A stretch of DNA of 64,000 nucleotides from Ramazzottius varieornatus (lineage: Eukaryota > Animalia > Tardigrada), in the NCBI GenBank assembly GCA_001949185.1, contig BDGG01000002.1, positions 5,756,448-5,820,447 on the forward strand, in the 5' to 3' direction. The stretch's first letter is position 1. The number at the start of each line of letters is the position of its first letter. The notes under the pieces are model-generated. The model ran no database searches. It saw nothing but the letters and a program-made list of their open reading frames with translations, and was not told the DNA's origin. A program made the position numbers and the translations under genes. Positions 1 to 13,800 of the stretch are shown here, one piece after another.

Positions 1-662
1 ACCGGGCACGGCCATGTTATTCACAAAGTCAGATAGACCTACGCCAACTCTCTCGTATGGCAGATCACCAAGACCGAGGTTTGTCCATCCACGGGATCGA
101 GCTGCTGGAGTGTCGACAGGACGAAAACAGCTGCGAGCAAGACTTAATTAGGATGAGTTTCGACCGAACGGAAAAGGGATGAGTGTCGAAGAAAGCTATA
201 GACATACCTGTCTTTCCCATCCCAGACTTTGCCTGGCACAACACATCCATACCCAAGTTGGCTTGCGGAATGCACTCATGCTGGACCTCTGTAAATAGAA
301 ACGAAAACTTCATCTCAAGGAGAATTCATCTGTTCTATTATGCCCCTTATGGAAAAGTAACTATAGGAAATTAATTAACTGATTGACAATTATTATTTTA
401 GAAATCATTATAAGCCTCATATAAGGTAAGTATGCTCACCAGAAGGATGTTCGAAGCCCGCATCGAAGATGGCCTTTAGAAGTTCCGGCTTCAGGAGGAA
501 ATCCTTGAATCCAGACGAGTGGATGGAGACGTAACCTTGAGCTGGTCTCACGGCGCTCTTCTTAGCAGTGGCGTCCATTTCAACATCTTCGGTATGCGCT
601 TCGGTGTCATTCTCCTCCGTTTCAAGTTCATAATCTAACAGTTCCTCTTGGTCGTTGGCCAT
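1..662 (-). CDS. DDX39B: Spliceosomal/export RNA helicase UAP56 (DDX39A/B), 5' part; runs off window start
   Basis: Exons translate [12 protein letters not shown]...[31 protein letters not shown] / [27 protein letters not shown] / [11 protein letters not shown], the UAP56 Q-motif and motif I, with GT-AG introns. Confidence 0.96.
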
Positions 663-1652
663 GGCTGCCTTGTTCCTGCAGCAGAAAACAGAACGATATC
701 CTCAGCTGTTGTTGACAGTCCCATCGTTTCGTGAGGTAGGCACGGCCACGCGGACGCGGTCAGTCCGTAGGAACGCTGATGTTAACGTCCATTTTGACTT
801 CGCCCCATGAGTCCACCACCAAACTCTCTTCATCGTTAGCTTACCAGTGAAACGTCCGATTCTAGTTACAACAAACGTCTGGAGTCGACAACAGAAGCTC
901 AGCTCGACCGATCTCGAAACAAGATGGCAGAAAACTCAAGAACTCAGATTTCACTCATTTTAGGAACAAAATGATGTCACTGAATCACTGCAGTTCTGAC
1001 TTCTTGGCCCCTACAACCCCGGGCAAGCCCTCGAGGTTCCCCGTGCCCTGGGACCGAAAAACAGATCAACGGAAATGGAAAATTGCGAAAATCCAAAATC
1101 GTACTTATAATTCTCTTCCCGGGATCACAGCTATAAAAACGAAGTCTTCCTGAAAACCTTTCTATATGACATTGTGTTGTCACAAAGATTCGTGTGGTGG
1201 GAGGAAGGATTTACGGAGTCGTCGATGGCTGTAGTCGGTTGACCGGAGCCGCGCTTGAACTGACGATCTCAGCGCACACATGGTACGCATTGCGATCATT
1301 TTACTTGACGTTCCTAGTTCCTCAAGCGCTGTTTTGCAGTTTATGTAGATGATGCGAGTGCGGGTTCGCTCTACTGATTTGGTGCATGGAGGCATTAACG
1401 TCGCGGTATCACCAGAGCGTGAGAGGCATGAAGTGATACTTTGTGATCTGTTGCGCACTGTTGACCACTTCCGGCGGACACTCTTAGCCATCAGGCCAGA
1501 TTCCGTGTGCTGACGGTACGCGCACTGCAATTCCGCGCTTTCAGTAAGTTCTGGTACGTGGAAATCGTTTGGTATATTTTTATGAAGCTGTATTGTTAGA
1601 TTTAGACTGCCATTACAGAGGTTGGTCTGGTCCGCAAATCGCGTCTAATCTG

Positions 1653-3096
1653 ATGGACTCTGAAGTCTCTCAAACCAGCAATCTGAATGCGTTTTTCGTA
1701 TCTTCTTTACTGGTAAGATGTAAAGTGGATCTACAGCGTACTATCGAGAATTTGAGATACTCTTGTCATCACGCATGTGTTGCTTTTGCGGTATGATGCC
1801 CACTTGCGAAGAATCTTACTTCTTTTTTTTGCATGTAGGCTGGTGCTGCGGCGGGTGTCGCGGTAGACCTAACTTTATTCCCTCTCGATACCGTGAAAAC
1901 CAGACTTCAAAGTCAACTTGGCTTCTGGAAAGCTGGAGGGTTTAGCAAACTGTATGCAGGAATCGGTTCTACATTGCTGGGTTCGGCACCCACCGGTAAG
2001 TTGCGAGGTCTTTTTTGTATCGGGTCCTTTCTTGCTTGAAACTCTGCTGCGACCAGACCATAACGAAGTATTCATGATCGGTTTTTCTTTCAGCTGCCTT
2101 GTTCTTTTGCGCTTACGAAAGCACGAAAGCTGCTTTCAGGGCGTCCAATACCAACCCTTCCACCTCGACATTAGCCTTTCATCACATCTTCTCGGCCATT
2201 GTGGGCGAAGTGGTACGCCGAAGAGTGCGACGTTTGCCAGGTTCCTGTGCGCTAACAGCGTTGTAGTTACGAGGAGGCTCACTGGCTTATCTGGGTTTGG
2301 GACTTTTTCTAGGCTGCGTGCTTGATACGGGTTCCCGTTGAGAATGTGAAGCAACGATCCCAGGCTCTGCAAAGACCTAGTACCGAAATCTACAAATCCA
2401 TAGTACACAATGACGTGAGGCAGCTCTTTAGAACGACGTGTACAGGAGACAACACCGACTGTAGTCCTTCTTCCTTTTCTAGGGGTACAGAGGGTTCTAT
2501 CGAGGCTTTTCCAGCACGATATTTCGGGAAATACCATTCGCGGTGATACAGTTTCCCCTGTGGGAGTTTCTCAAGGTATTAGTCTCCGAAGTGGTAATAC
2601 CGTGCGTTACCTAATGTTGCTGGGTTTTGTGACAGCATAACCTGTCTCAGTCTCAACATGGACACATACATTCATGGCAGTCCGCAGTGTGTGGTAGTGT
2701 CTCCGGAGCTATCGCAGCGGCTTTAACGACTCCTCTAGACGTTGTGAAAACGAGAATCATGTTGGCGGAGGTAAGTTCTACACGGTAACGGATCAGTTTA
2801 GTCCGTAGGAAAACCTTTTCGTGTTTGTTTCAGCGTACTTCTATGGAAGCTAAGGGCAACGTTGCGTCGGTTTTCGAAACTCTGTGGCGGGAAGAAGGAG
2901 TGCGTAGGTAAGGTCCTGCGTGCTACAACTCGAAAACTGAAGAGTGCGTAGTTCCACAGTTTCTTGCAGCTTGTTCGCCGGTGTTGGACCTCGAACTGCT
3001 TGGATTTCTGTTGGAGGTTTCATTTTTCTCGGTATGTACGACAAAATGTCTACTCTTCTGCGCGGTACGCCGAACACAGAAAACCACTTTGCGTAA
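1653..3096 (+). CDS. SLC25A26: Mitochondrial S-adenosylmethionine carrier (multi-exon)
   Basis: Spliced: MDSEVSQ...SSLL|[41 protein letters not shown]...[11 protein letters not shown]...[13 protein letters not shown]...[10 protein letters not shown]; three PX[DE]XX[KR] carrier motifs. Confidence 0.93.
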
Positions 3097-3256
3097 AGTC
3101 GATTCTTTATCGCATTGACACAACAGCTAGCAGAGTGCGTGTACCGTAATACAGTCAAACGTCATAACAAATCTCTCGTTCGAGAGTTCGAATTCTTTCA
3201 AGCTTTTAAACAACAAATGTTTGACGAAACGTTTTTCAATATAGAACAAATCCCAA

Positions 3257-3826
3257 CTATGCGTTGACGTGAGGAATGTTAGGCTTCTGCGTAACAACCC
3301 TTCGCGAGCGATGGTGGCGAGAATGGGTTGGGCGCCTTCTGCTGCGGCGAAGCTTTCCTAGTCCTCGGGGTCGAACCTTGAACATGCGCTAAAAATACCG
3401 CAGAAGAAAATCAGTTTCCCGCTTTCAAAAATCGACAGGAAGTTCAGACTTACGTAGCCTCCGCCTAGCAACCTTGCTTGTCGGCGCTGAGATCTGGCGA
3501 CTGCGGAGCGATTGCGAGATCCGCCTCGTCGTCGGCTCTGAAGGGAAACACAGTTAGGGGAGGTGGGAAATCGGCCTGGCTATCAAAAGACCTGCCTACC
3601 TTTGTACGTTGCGCTCTTGACGCTGAACGCTGAGACTTCTTGTACTAGAAGGAAAATAACTTTGAAAGGAAAAATCTGAGCAAAATAGAGTCAAATGATC
3701 AGGCAGTCGGACTAGGCGAAGCAAAATATCGGCGGGAAGTGCAATTTATTTACTTACCGAGGTTTTGTGACGGACTACGCGACCTCCACGTTGATGTTTT
3801 GATGACGCAAGAGCCCGAGAAACCAT
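3257..3826 (-). CDS. Small Arg-rich protamine-like basic protein A (109 aa, 4 exons)
   Basis: Exons 3826-3758, 3644-3600, 3537-3454, 3388-3257 joined by phase-0 GT-AG introns give MVSRALASSKHQRGGRVVRHKTS|YKKSQRSASRAQRTK|SRRRGGSRNRSAVARSQRRQARLLGGGY|RMFKVRPRGLGKLRRSRRRPTHSRHHRSRRVVTQKPNIPHVNA*. Confidence 0.75.
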
Positions 3827-4716
3827 TCTATAAGCGAGTGTATGGAGTAAAACAATACGTTTTATTCGAACAGTAGAAAGAAAATTTTGAGAAGACTGCA
3901 GGGTTTTGTTTTTGAGTCACCAAGGTCTTGCATGGATACGGAAGTCGTTGATACTTATGTACATATCTAGGGTGCCTGGGTGGTCAAGGTGACCCTCACA
4001 GTTCCTGCTTCTTTACACCGGTATCCATTCTCAGCTTTTCCATTCGATGAGTACAAAGCTAGGTCCCCAAAGTCTTGAGACCGAGTAGGGATACGGAACT
4101 TGGGGTTGCGCATCAGAGTCAAAGTTAAAATGAATTAGGAATCAAAGCCGCTTGTCCCAGACAGCGGAAAGTTGGACATTTTCATCCCCGAGCACAATCT
4201 GGTAAACAATTTCCCAATTACGGTACATCCTCCGGTGGACAAGTGTATAGTCGGTCAACTTTCATAACCTTAGGCACCCGCATATCGACCGATCTGCTTT
4301 CGTGCTCGCTAGCTGGAGTATGCGTTCAGAGACCCGAGTGGTCTTGCGCACGGGACAAAAGCACTGTCGGAAATGCTTGGTCAAGCCGTGTATGACGATG
4401 TCTGGCCCACACTTCCTTCGGCAACGTGTAGAGTATTGTGCTGCATCTAGTGCAGACCAGAGTTTAATGAGAAGAGCAATGTACTACTTGCGAAATCGAA
4501 ATCTCTGGCTGTCGAGGAAGTGCGGGAGAATATGTCACCTATCCACATTTCCCAATGATAGGTTGGCAATATACTGCACTGGCATTTTTATGCTTTTGCA
4601 CCGGTTGATAAGCGGCAAACCGTCTTCGTATTATTGCCAGTCTAATAGAAATTTTGCCTCGAACCTATAGTAGCTTGTTTTGGTAAAAGATCGACTGCCA
4701 CAAGAACTCAAGCACA

Positions 4717-7700
4717 TCACCTTCTCAGAGCTATGAGGCATCCAAAAAGTAGATACAATGAGGAACAAGAAAATGTCCGAGAAGAACTCTTGGACTGGCT
4801 TTGGTCTTTGGAACTCAGCGATTCCGGCGGCTTTTGAGATCTAGCTTTGTTCGCTCCATTGCCATTGGAGTTCCACGAAGAAGCGGGAGTTGTGAGTTCT
4901 GTACCGGCTAAGGTACTTCGTGTTTTCCTCCCTTCGCCCTTCTTGGACCCGCGGGGCCTGGTGGGTCTTGGGGTCTTGACCGTTGTCGGGAACGTCAGTG
5001 TGGTGATATCGTTTTCCGTCACTCCCACTTCGCGTAAGCCATCTGACTCGTCAATCTCCACAATCCGGTGATCTAGGGCTGTTGACTTGGCATCGACCGG
5101 AAACTTCCGGCATGTTGACGTTATCAAGGAGCCCACTGCCTTCTCAGTGTAGGTCCGCAGGAACTCGGAGGCGCTCTTGCCGTTCGCCCCACAATGGGTC
5201 GAAGTTAGGCCATATGCACACTCCAGAAATCGATGCAGAGCGCTGTAAGCACAAACATCAACGTTAACGTCAAAGAATAGTTTAACGAACCACTGCGATG
5301 TGTTTTCACAAGGCTGAGAGAGCAGCGTCGCTGATCCGGTTGCATTTACAACTTTTTCAACAAAAGATGCGGATAGCGGATGAGATTAGGCATGCTTATA
5401 CAGTTACTCGAGAAAAACTTCAACCATCACTTCAGATGACGATAAGCGCGAGACTCAAATTGTACGCTACATCGGTTCGATACTCTTCCTAAATTTGGCA
5501 TTTGATGTACACGTGGTTTCTCCGCACAAGACGTCAAGGTTCTTTCTGTAGGGTTCTTCATAGTATACAAAACAAACTCTCACGAAGAACCGTAGGACGT
5601 TTTAGCCTGTATTTCAATCACGGTGCCTCGTTTAGAAACACGAGGCACCGTGTCGGAGAACCACGACGAAAATACAGAGCGTACTAAGTTCACCGTGAGT
5701 AGGTAAAATTGTTCGAGCTTGAAAGTCCCCCGCCTTATTGGTTGCGTGAGGTTCGCGGAGAGCTCGAGGTTTTAGAGGAGGGAAGAGCCAGTTGGATTTA
5801 GATTTGTTTAAAAGATGGAGGGTGGCGGTGTTCATGATGACAAATGGGCAAAGCACTTAGCCTTGTGTCTCTTTTGATACAAATTGATGTGGAGAAGGGC
5901 AGTGCAGCTGCATTGTGGAGGGTATGAATGATGCCTATTTTGACAAGCTTACCCACACATGCTGGAGAGTTTGTGCGTTTGTTCCATAACGCGGTTTTGA
6001 TTAATGGTCCCCACCGAGGTACGGAAAGCCCCTCCGCATTCTTCGTATTGTGGTGCCACACTCCGAAAGCAGTCCGCGTGCGTCAGGTATTCTGCAGCGG
6101 GAGAAAGAACTAAAATCACTATAAGCTCTTCGCTCGTCCAAAGCCGCGCTAAGGGCTTGACATGACAAATGGATTAAATTCCCACACGGATACTTTAAGC
6201 AAATAGCAATCATCACGAGTGATCTGAACCACTTTTCATTCAAGTTGCCATATTGTGTCAGTAGCGCTTTGACAAAAGCAACTACTGTACCGTCCAAATG
6301 GGGCGCTTAGCAGAGAGCGAACCATATGCCATACCTTTGCGATATTCGCCGTCTGTACAAAGCTTGGTCATGACTTCCTCCACCCCGGCCATGTTCTCTC
6401 TGAAGAGTAACCTCTGAGATTCCTGGAAGCATCTGACAACAAATCTGTCTATACAATCCATGCCCTGGGTGAATAATCTGCGAACAAAATACATACACTG
6501 TTAGCATAGCGAGGTTGTTTGTCTCAAACATGGCCATAATCGATTCTTCCCCAACACAGTCACTGGTCCCGACAGGAGCACACTCTGTAGAGTGGGCGGA
6601 AGTAGGTATTAAAGTGAATAGCCACCTTTTGTCGGTATATTAACCTGCTGTCAGAGCAAACAGTCCTCCCCAGTCACCGCTACAGGTATTGCACGCAGTG
6701 GATTAGACACCCATTAGAAGATTTAATCGTATTACCCAAATGTCCGCCATAGAAAGCTTTATCTTCCCTGACGCAAACATATTCGTAAAGGAATACCTGG
6801 CAGAGCATTCCTATGAAAAAGGCATTCCGGAGACCGTAACCTTCGTTTTTATCCACCAATCACTGACAGCTTTTTCTTGTTGGTTCAATGGAACCGTTAT
6901 TTGAGGTTGGAAGGAAAAAGGGCGGCTCAAGCCGCCGTAAAAGTTCCTGCATTAGAGTGATTGCCACTAGGTACCGGTGACGTAATGGGGAGGACAATTT
7001 GGAGACTAGCAAATGAGTTGAACATGATCGTTATCTCAGGTGGCGCAAGTCTTTGGTGTTATTGACTGGAAGACTGCGCCACTTACGTAAACAGGTCATT
7101 TGCCGACGTCTCAATCAAGGAATCGTTTTACTTACTTGCACACGGTAGTAAGTTGCTCCTCGTTGGCGGCAAAACCGATGGTCACATTCTGCATGATAGG
7201 CTTGACGTGCTCCATGCACTGAGTCAGTTCGTTTTGATGGCAGTGTTCGGCGAGGCACCTTCCACATACTGCAACAGAAAACAATTGTAAGTACAGGTCT
7301 CAAAAATGAGGCGAAATACGACCCAATCGCCCGAGAAACCTATCGCCATGTATGAAAAGTGTGACAGTATATTCAGTTGGTAGAGCCAGCTGCGAATTCG
7401 AAAGAGGAGATTGTCAATCGGACAGGAAGTGGCCCATGTCGCGCTTGCCACGTCGAATCTGGAGAGGTCTATCCCATCATTTATTATCGGTTCACGACAC
7501 GTCAACTCCGCTGTTTCACTAACAAGTTGTTAGCCAATTCATCCCAACTTGTCATAATTGATAAAGACAACGACACGCCGAGCATTCCATCTTGAATCTC
7601 TCGTTACAAATGAGCTTCCCGCAAGGACCAATAAATCTTCAAGTTATTGCGCAGGAGAGTAACAACATCACGTAGAGGTATCCTAGCTGACTCCGCAACC

Positions 7701-7802
7701 ACGCCTAGTATCATGTAGACACCATTTACCTGTCTTCATCAGACAAAATACCACAAAAGATCCAAATACGAGAGCGTTCATTGGCAATGAGCATAATATC
7801 AT
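4717..7802 (-). CDS. Secreted Cys-rich protein with Ser/Thr stalk and GPI-type tail, paralog 1 (DUF19/T20D4.11-like pattern)
   Basis: Five exons (~7802-7730, 7268-7136, 6477-6335, 6101-5952, 5242-4717): signal peptide, CHQNELTQCMEHVKPIMQNVTIGFAANEEQLTTVCK|LFTQGMDCIDRFVVRC...KLCTDG|YLTHADCFRSVAPQYEEC...MCG|ALHRFLECAYGLTSTHCG...; hydrophobic C-terminus SLYLLFGCLIALRR. Confidence 0.8.
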
Positions 7803-10800
7803 GAATGCAGGACGGAAAGTAAGTTCAAGGAGGCCGCACATTAGCTCGTAACCAGCTGGGTCGCCGAGGTCCACCTTCCAGGGAAGGTAAGGTTGCGTTA
7901 CTTCCTCATTGATACTTTAACATAGATGCGAAGGCTGCGGAAGGGATTACCATTCGAGAAGGTATGAGGCGAAAAAGGCAACGTTTTGCCCATAATCCTC
8001 ACAAAATATTGCACCGAAAACACACAGAAGCAAAACCGGCGCTATTCAGTGCGTATATAGAACGAAAGAAAAGCTCCGAAGGAATAGCCAGGAAGAATCT
8101 GTGGGACCTTCGAATGGGTATAGCTTGCGCGTATAGAACGCTAAGCTCGTTTAAGATGCAAAAGAGCTGCTATATTCCAAGGGAGACTGCACAAATAAAT
8201 GTATCCATCCAGCCATGCAAGATGACTGCACTTAGCCAAAGCCGTGTATACAGTCAGGAAGAAACGACTGGTAACAAGTAGCGACTAGTGGGAATAACTG
8301 GGTGTGGGCTTGGTGGGATTTGGGCTGGCGAAAAGAGCCGATCATGTATGAGATAGACTTTAACTTGCGGACAATCGATACAGTGGGAGAACTATCTGTT
8401 ATAAAGCGACCTTCTGGTTATAGGGCACTTTACTCAATATAAATCGGACAAACCCGCTCAAATTCAACGCCCAGTTTCACCCGTCGCAAACGGTCTTTCT
8501 ACTTGGAAGAGCCTCCAACGTTAACAGCACACGAAAAGTATTCCACGAATTCGGGCCTTTCGTGCGGTAATGTCATTACAAAAGCATAATGGTCATATTG
8601 AGAGGCACAAGTTTTGAGCGTCTCGTCTGAGGTCCCTTCCTGCTGCTTTAACGATTTATCATCCTCAGTATATGATTATCGGGTTATGGTTCCTTTCCCG
8701 ATGGCGATGGCTTTCTGCCTTTAAATATTCGCCGGGGTTGAGCCTTCGTTTACTCGGCACTTGTCTAGCTTGCCTGACGTTGGTAGTCGGGATACCATAA
8801 TAAAGGCCTCTGCAAACAGTAAAAAGAGCTGAGATGTTTTTTCTTATCACTCTAATTTTCCACTTCTTCATGCCTCTTCAACGCGCTTTCTCATTGCACT
8901 AAGGAAAACATTTTTGCGCTTTGTTGCACGGACAAACACGCGAGATTTGATATGCGTGAGCGCATCACTTGCCGTTCGTTCTTCTTTCTATCCCAAAACA
9001 TTTTGCGTCCCGTTATTTAAAATCACAAACTTATAATCGAAAATCTTCAGCCTGATAACCACATCAAGCACTGATGCGGGAAACCGCGTAACTTTCTACA
9101 CAAAATTTTCCACGTTTAGAAAAAGGGCGCGGTTGAAAAAAAGTCAGGTATTTTAACCAAATCGCTTTTGAACCAAGGACTTTTGTGTTCGTCGGCCTGT
9201 TATACAGGGAAGGGAAGAACAGTTTTTCTCTTTATTTCGATAGTGGTTAGACCTGGTCGATCACGGCTGTGCTTTTGGCCTCATGAATCTCGGCTTACAT
9301 CGACATCTGGATTGAAAGATGTCGTCGGAGAGCCATGCAGTCCAGCTCGACAGGAAGCCGTCGCTCTGCCTGTTAATCAGTCAGTCTTTTGATCGAAATC
9401 TGTAAATTCTGTGGGCTGATCAGTTGGTCGGTTCTTAAATCTGCCATGTGCCTACTGGGAGTCGGTGTCATATTACGTCGATCGACAATTTCCCTAAGCT
9501 CGCTACTCAGCCGAATATCCTGTTTCCTTCTTGCTAAATCTGGAGCGCCAAACTGATTCCCTGATATCGTGGTCCCTTCGCTCCATCAGTTCGTCTGCCT
9601 CGGTCAGATGCTCTGCAGCTTCTCATCAGCTTCATAAGAGACACACATTACGGTAGAACCCCCCCCCCCCGCCGAAAGTCCAGATGGTAGAGCCCACGTT
9701 AGCAAAATTGGACCTATACGCATCAGGCTGCCTAAAGTTTGGTATGAGGAGAAGGAAGAAAGAAACCTCAGATTTGTTGGAGGTCTAATTTTTTGCATGA
9801 TCGATGTTTGGCCTGGTTGGTAAGAGGAAAAACGGAAGTGGCAAAGCGATTGAATGGTTGTGGATGATTTATCATCTAGCTATTGAAACAGACTGCTTCA
9901 TAAAAAACGGCAAACGCATAAAATAGTGATAATGCGTTTACAAATGAGGAGCGTGAGTAGCGGCAATATGCTTAACGATAGAACCCTTCAAGCAAAAAAT
10001 ACGAGTGCTGGCACTGATCTATATTCCGGAATCTGCAATGGCGGTTTGCTGCCTGTCGAGGTCCATCAGTACAGCTACAGGCTACAGCACTTTCCCATCA
10101 GAAAATCGATACTCTCGCGCTCGTTCTGTATCGTTACTGCCGGAGATTACAGTAGCCGCAAGACGGGGACAGACGGAGAAGGGTTCTCGTTCGTCAGTAA
10201 GTACCAGTTCGGAAGAGATCATTAGTGCATGATTAACCACAATATACGCATCTTGTGTGTACGGACGTGGAGTTCACGAGAAGAAAACGTTACGTGCACG
10301 GGCGACTGTCGACCAAAAGAATGTTCCTCAATGGGTGCGACGAACAAGAAGGAAAGAACCTCTTCGGAGACCTGCAGAATATAAGATGACACCGAGCAAT
10401 TCTGATTAAATATTTACGGCCAGCTCTTCTCTGTCACTGTGACTATCTGGAGACTTGGTATAGTGCAGTTCGCCTTGGTAATTCAGAAACGGCAGCGAAC
10501 CGTCAAAGACGAACCCACAGCTTTTACAAACCACTGTAATGCGATAATGCAGTATTCTTGTGCACCGGAATATTCATTTTACCACAGGCATTCACTGAAC
10601 CTTTTCAACATCTTGACAACATAAAGTTTTAGGTTTAACGACTACAAAAACGTCCGAGATAGTACCGTCCGTGCCGTCCCTGCTTGGGGCGAGCTGCGGC
10701 GGACCTTGAATCTGCGCTGTTGGCGCCACCTTTCGCAGCGCTTCCGGTGTCACCCCTTAAAGGCTTGTTCCCTACAGATGTCGCTTCGATCCCACATGGT

Positions 10801-13800
10801 TCTTCCGCACTTCCAGTTCGGAAACAAGCTGCTCCATCTGGGTCCTGGGCTAAGGAGCAAGTATTCTTCGCAGTGGGAACAAAAAACCCTGGTGCAACCC
10901 TTCTGAGTTTGGCGAAACACCATAAAAGTTTGTAACATATATTTAGAGAAGTAGGTTTTGATTCGTCTTGCACTGCTGAGATGGAGCAAAGACGTCTGAA
11001 TCAAGAATGTTGGAAAATATTTTCAGGTAAACACCATTCGCACACATGTATATTCTCCATAAAGAACCTTCCTTTCATCGCCTCTCAAAGCCTTCCGTCA
11101 TGCGTGGACAGGGCGCATTTGAAGCAAAGTACGAAAGACAAGTGCTGTGCAGATGGGGGTAAAAAGCGGTTATTATTCTGCGGTACTTTTGTCAAAGCAC
11201 TTAGTCGAGCAACCTAGTTTTACAAGCAGACGAGTTCAAGTACGAGCTGATCAGGGAATATATTCAGCCCATATCTGATCTCATGAATAAATGTGGTCGA
11301 GACTATAAAAGCGTCGGACACGAAATGAATTATGACTGGACATCGAAAGGAAAGCCGCAGACGCATTTGCCTGTATGAATCGGGTGGAAAATGAAATCAA
11401 GGATGAGGCACCCTCGTCGTGATTAGATTAGCGGCCTAATTGACATTACATTACTGACTGGCTACCGATCATCCCTGTACCCGGCAGTGCAGAGTCCAGA
11501 CTCCGCTTAATATAGGCCAAAGCCTTTTACTTTACAGTAGGTCTGTAGGCCCGCAGTCTAGTAACCAAACATCGTCAAGCATGGGCGCCTTGGGAGCAAT
11601 CCTGCGATATAATGGCCGCGGTCTAAAGTTAATCTGAAAGCATACGCTCGCCGCATTTACGGCTCTCCGTCGGCAAAGCAAACTTCCTCCTAAGAAAACG
11701 AAGTCCTTCACGACAGTGCATAGTGCGTACAAGCAAAGCGGAGCGGAGCCTTATAGTTTGTTTAATGACTTGTGTCGGGAGGCGTCTTGCGTGCAAAGGA
11801 AACATAAGCTGCTTTTTTTGCCTCTCCCTCACACCTAAAATCAACGCCATCACCATCTGTTCGCGTCTCAAGGGATCTTTTCCGCCGGAAGAAGGACGCT
11901 GAAGGGTTGCACAGTCAGCGTCAGAAAAAGAAGCCGTTCATACATGGAGCAATCAACGGCATACTGCTGTATATACGCCATACTGCAGTATAACGGGACC
12001 TAAAGGGGTTCGACCAAAGACAAACAGTTATAATCCGCCGCTGTTGTGAATAATATTAATTACTCCCTTCGTAAGCTGAACCCTAGCTGAACCTTGAACC
12101 TACTCTTGAACTTCCCCGATATGTATCTGTTTATCTCATATGCATATCGGGGCAAAATTCATGACCCACTACCGCCAAAAACAGACAATACAATGCAGCC
12201 TCATGCATCTTCAAAGCTGGCCTGGATATTGGTCTGGTGTCCCTTTTCGGCTCAGCGTTATGATGGATGGGACCGGGATGGATGCGATGGTTAGAAAGGT
12301 CCTAATTCTCTATAGCTACTTGGGCATCTGTTGTATGTGCCGCAGTCAAAGATGAGCATCTCTTCCCCTCCGCTCGCATGACCGATCAAATTAGACTACA
12401 AACGCAAATATGAGCTCGTTTCACATCTCACAAATCGCACTTCGTGATGACCATACATTATTGCTCTTCGCTGGCTTCCTCCCACTCTACTTTCGCCCTA
12501 CATCACAATGACCTTTCGAAGTCGAAAAACAGGATCCCGAAATTATACGAAAGTCCTCGCTGGAGATCCACTGCACGGTTTGAAACCGCAAAAGGGGACG
12601 ATGAGAGATAAAGACGTCAATTTGACAGGGCGTAAATCAGCATCTTCAAATTAGAAGCCCTCATTCGAACAAAGCCGTCATCTTTGCGAATTCTGTTATG
12701 TAACGGAAAGAAGAAAGCCTAACAACTATCCAGAAAGTAAATGAAACTGCGGCAACATAATAACGCAAATGAAAATATTGATCGAAGCGTTATCCTCATG
12801 GCTTGATCACTCCCAGCCTAGCTCCCATAAATAAGCCCGCGTGCGCGGATCGCTGAGGGCAAGACCAAGGCAAGGGTTCCTCACTTCCTCGCTGGCAGCC
12901 CTTTGTTGGGTATTAACGCCACAATCCGAGAAAGCACGATTGTCACTCAAGGCACAAACTCGACATGTCAAATTGCTGCAACAATTCACCCCGCTTTCTT
13001 TACATCAAAAGATTACGCATGCCACACAACTTTCCCTGTAAATATTTCCCCAAATAAAATAGTCAATTTTTGGGTTCGCCGAAAAATTTCTAAAAAAATT
13101 AAGGAAATTCTAAAACAAAAGATGGGTGTGGCCGGTATTTCCCGGTGGATATGAAACCCTGAATTCCCCTTGTGGACATAAATTACTCACTCTCACATGC
13201 AACGAGCTAAGCCAGAGTTCAACTAATTCGGTTACGTCATAATTGCTGCTCCTATAGTAAGCCCCAAATGGGACTAATGGCAGCTCCTTTTGTACCCATC
13301 TTGGATCATCAAGGTCCCAGCTGGTCACCCATAGATGGCTACTGCTCATGTCCTGACTCGCGCATAAGCAACCTGACCCGCAATCTGACGTCCCAAATTA
13401 AGACATGCAGGGTACAATAAGGATCTTTGAAAGACCAAGGTAAAATAGCGCCTCTAGAACGGGGGCATTGTGCGAGACTGTTACAGGTGGAAGAGTGGAT
13501 GGTTGGTCTACTAGCGTGGTGTAGAAACTCTCGACGCGCAAATTAGAGACCCATGAGATAAGGATGATTGATGCAAGTTGCCAATGACCGCCTCCAACAG
13601 GGAAGCAGGGTCCAAAGGGAGTTTCTGCTCGTTAACAACACTCTAGCTGATACACCCATTGTCACTTTTTTCTGCACCGGAAATGACGATGGTCTGTGGT
13701 ACGTGGAAAGATGTTCGCTTGAGAAGTTGACTTACACAACAGAAGAAGGAAGAGGACATAATGTCGGCTGGAGCAGTAATTTACGGCGGGAGAAGAGTAT

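Noticed and set aside
675-1560. C/D snoRNA or U3-like boxes in the UAP56 5'UTR intron and SLC25A26 upstream region
   Set aside because: Only imperfect C boxes and scattered CTGA; no terminal stem or recognisable rRNA guide
3970-4279. gggtgcct/aggcaccc inverted ends suggesting a MITE
   Set aside because: Only 8 bp match and no TSD
5721-5731. GAAAGTCCCC, like RNase MRP conserved region I
   Set aside because: No downstream complementary GGGGCT (CR-V) at a suitable distance
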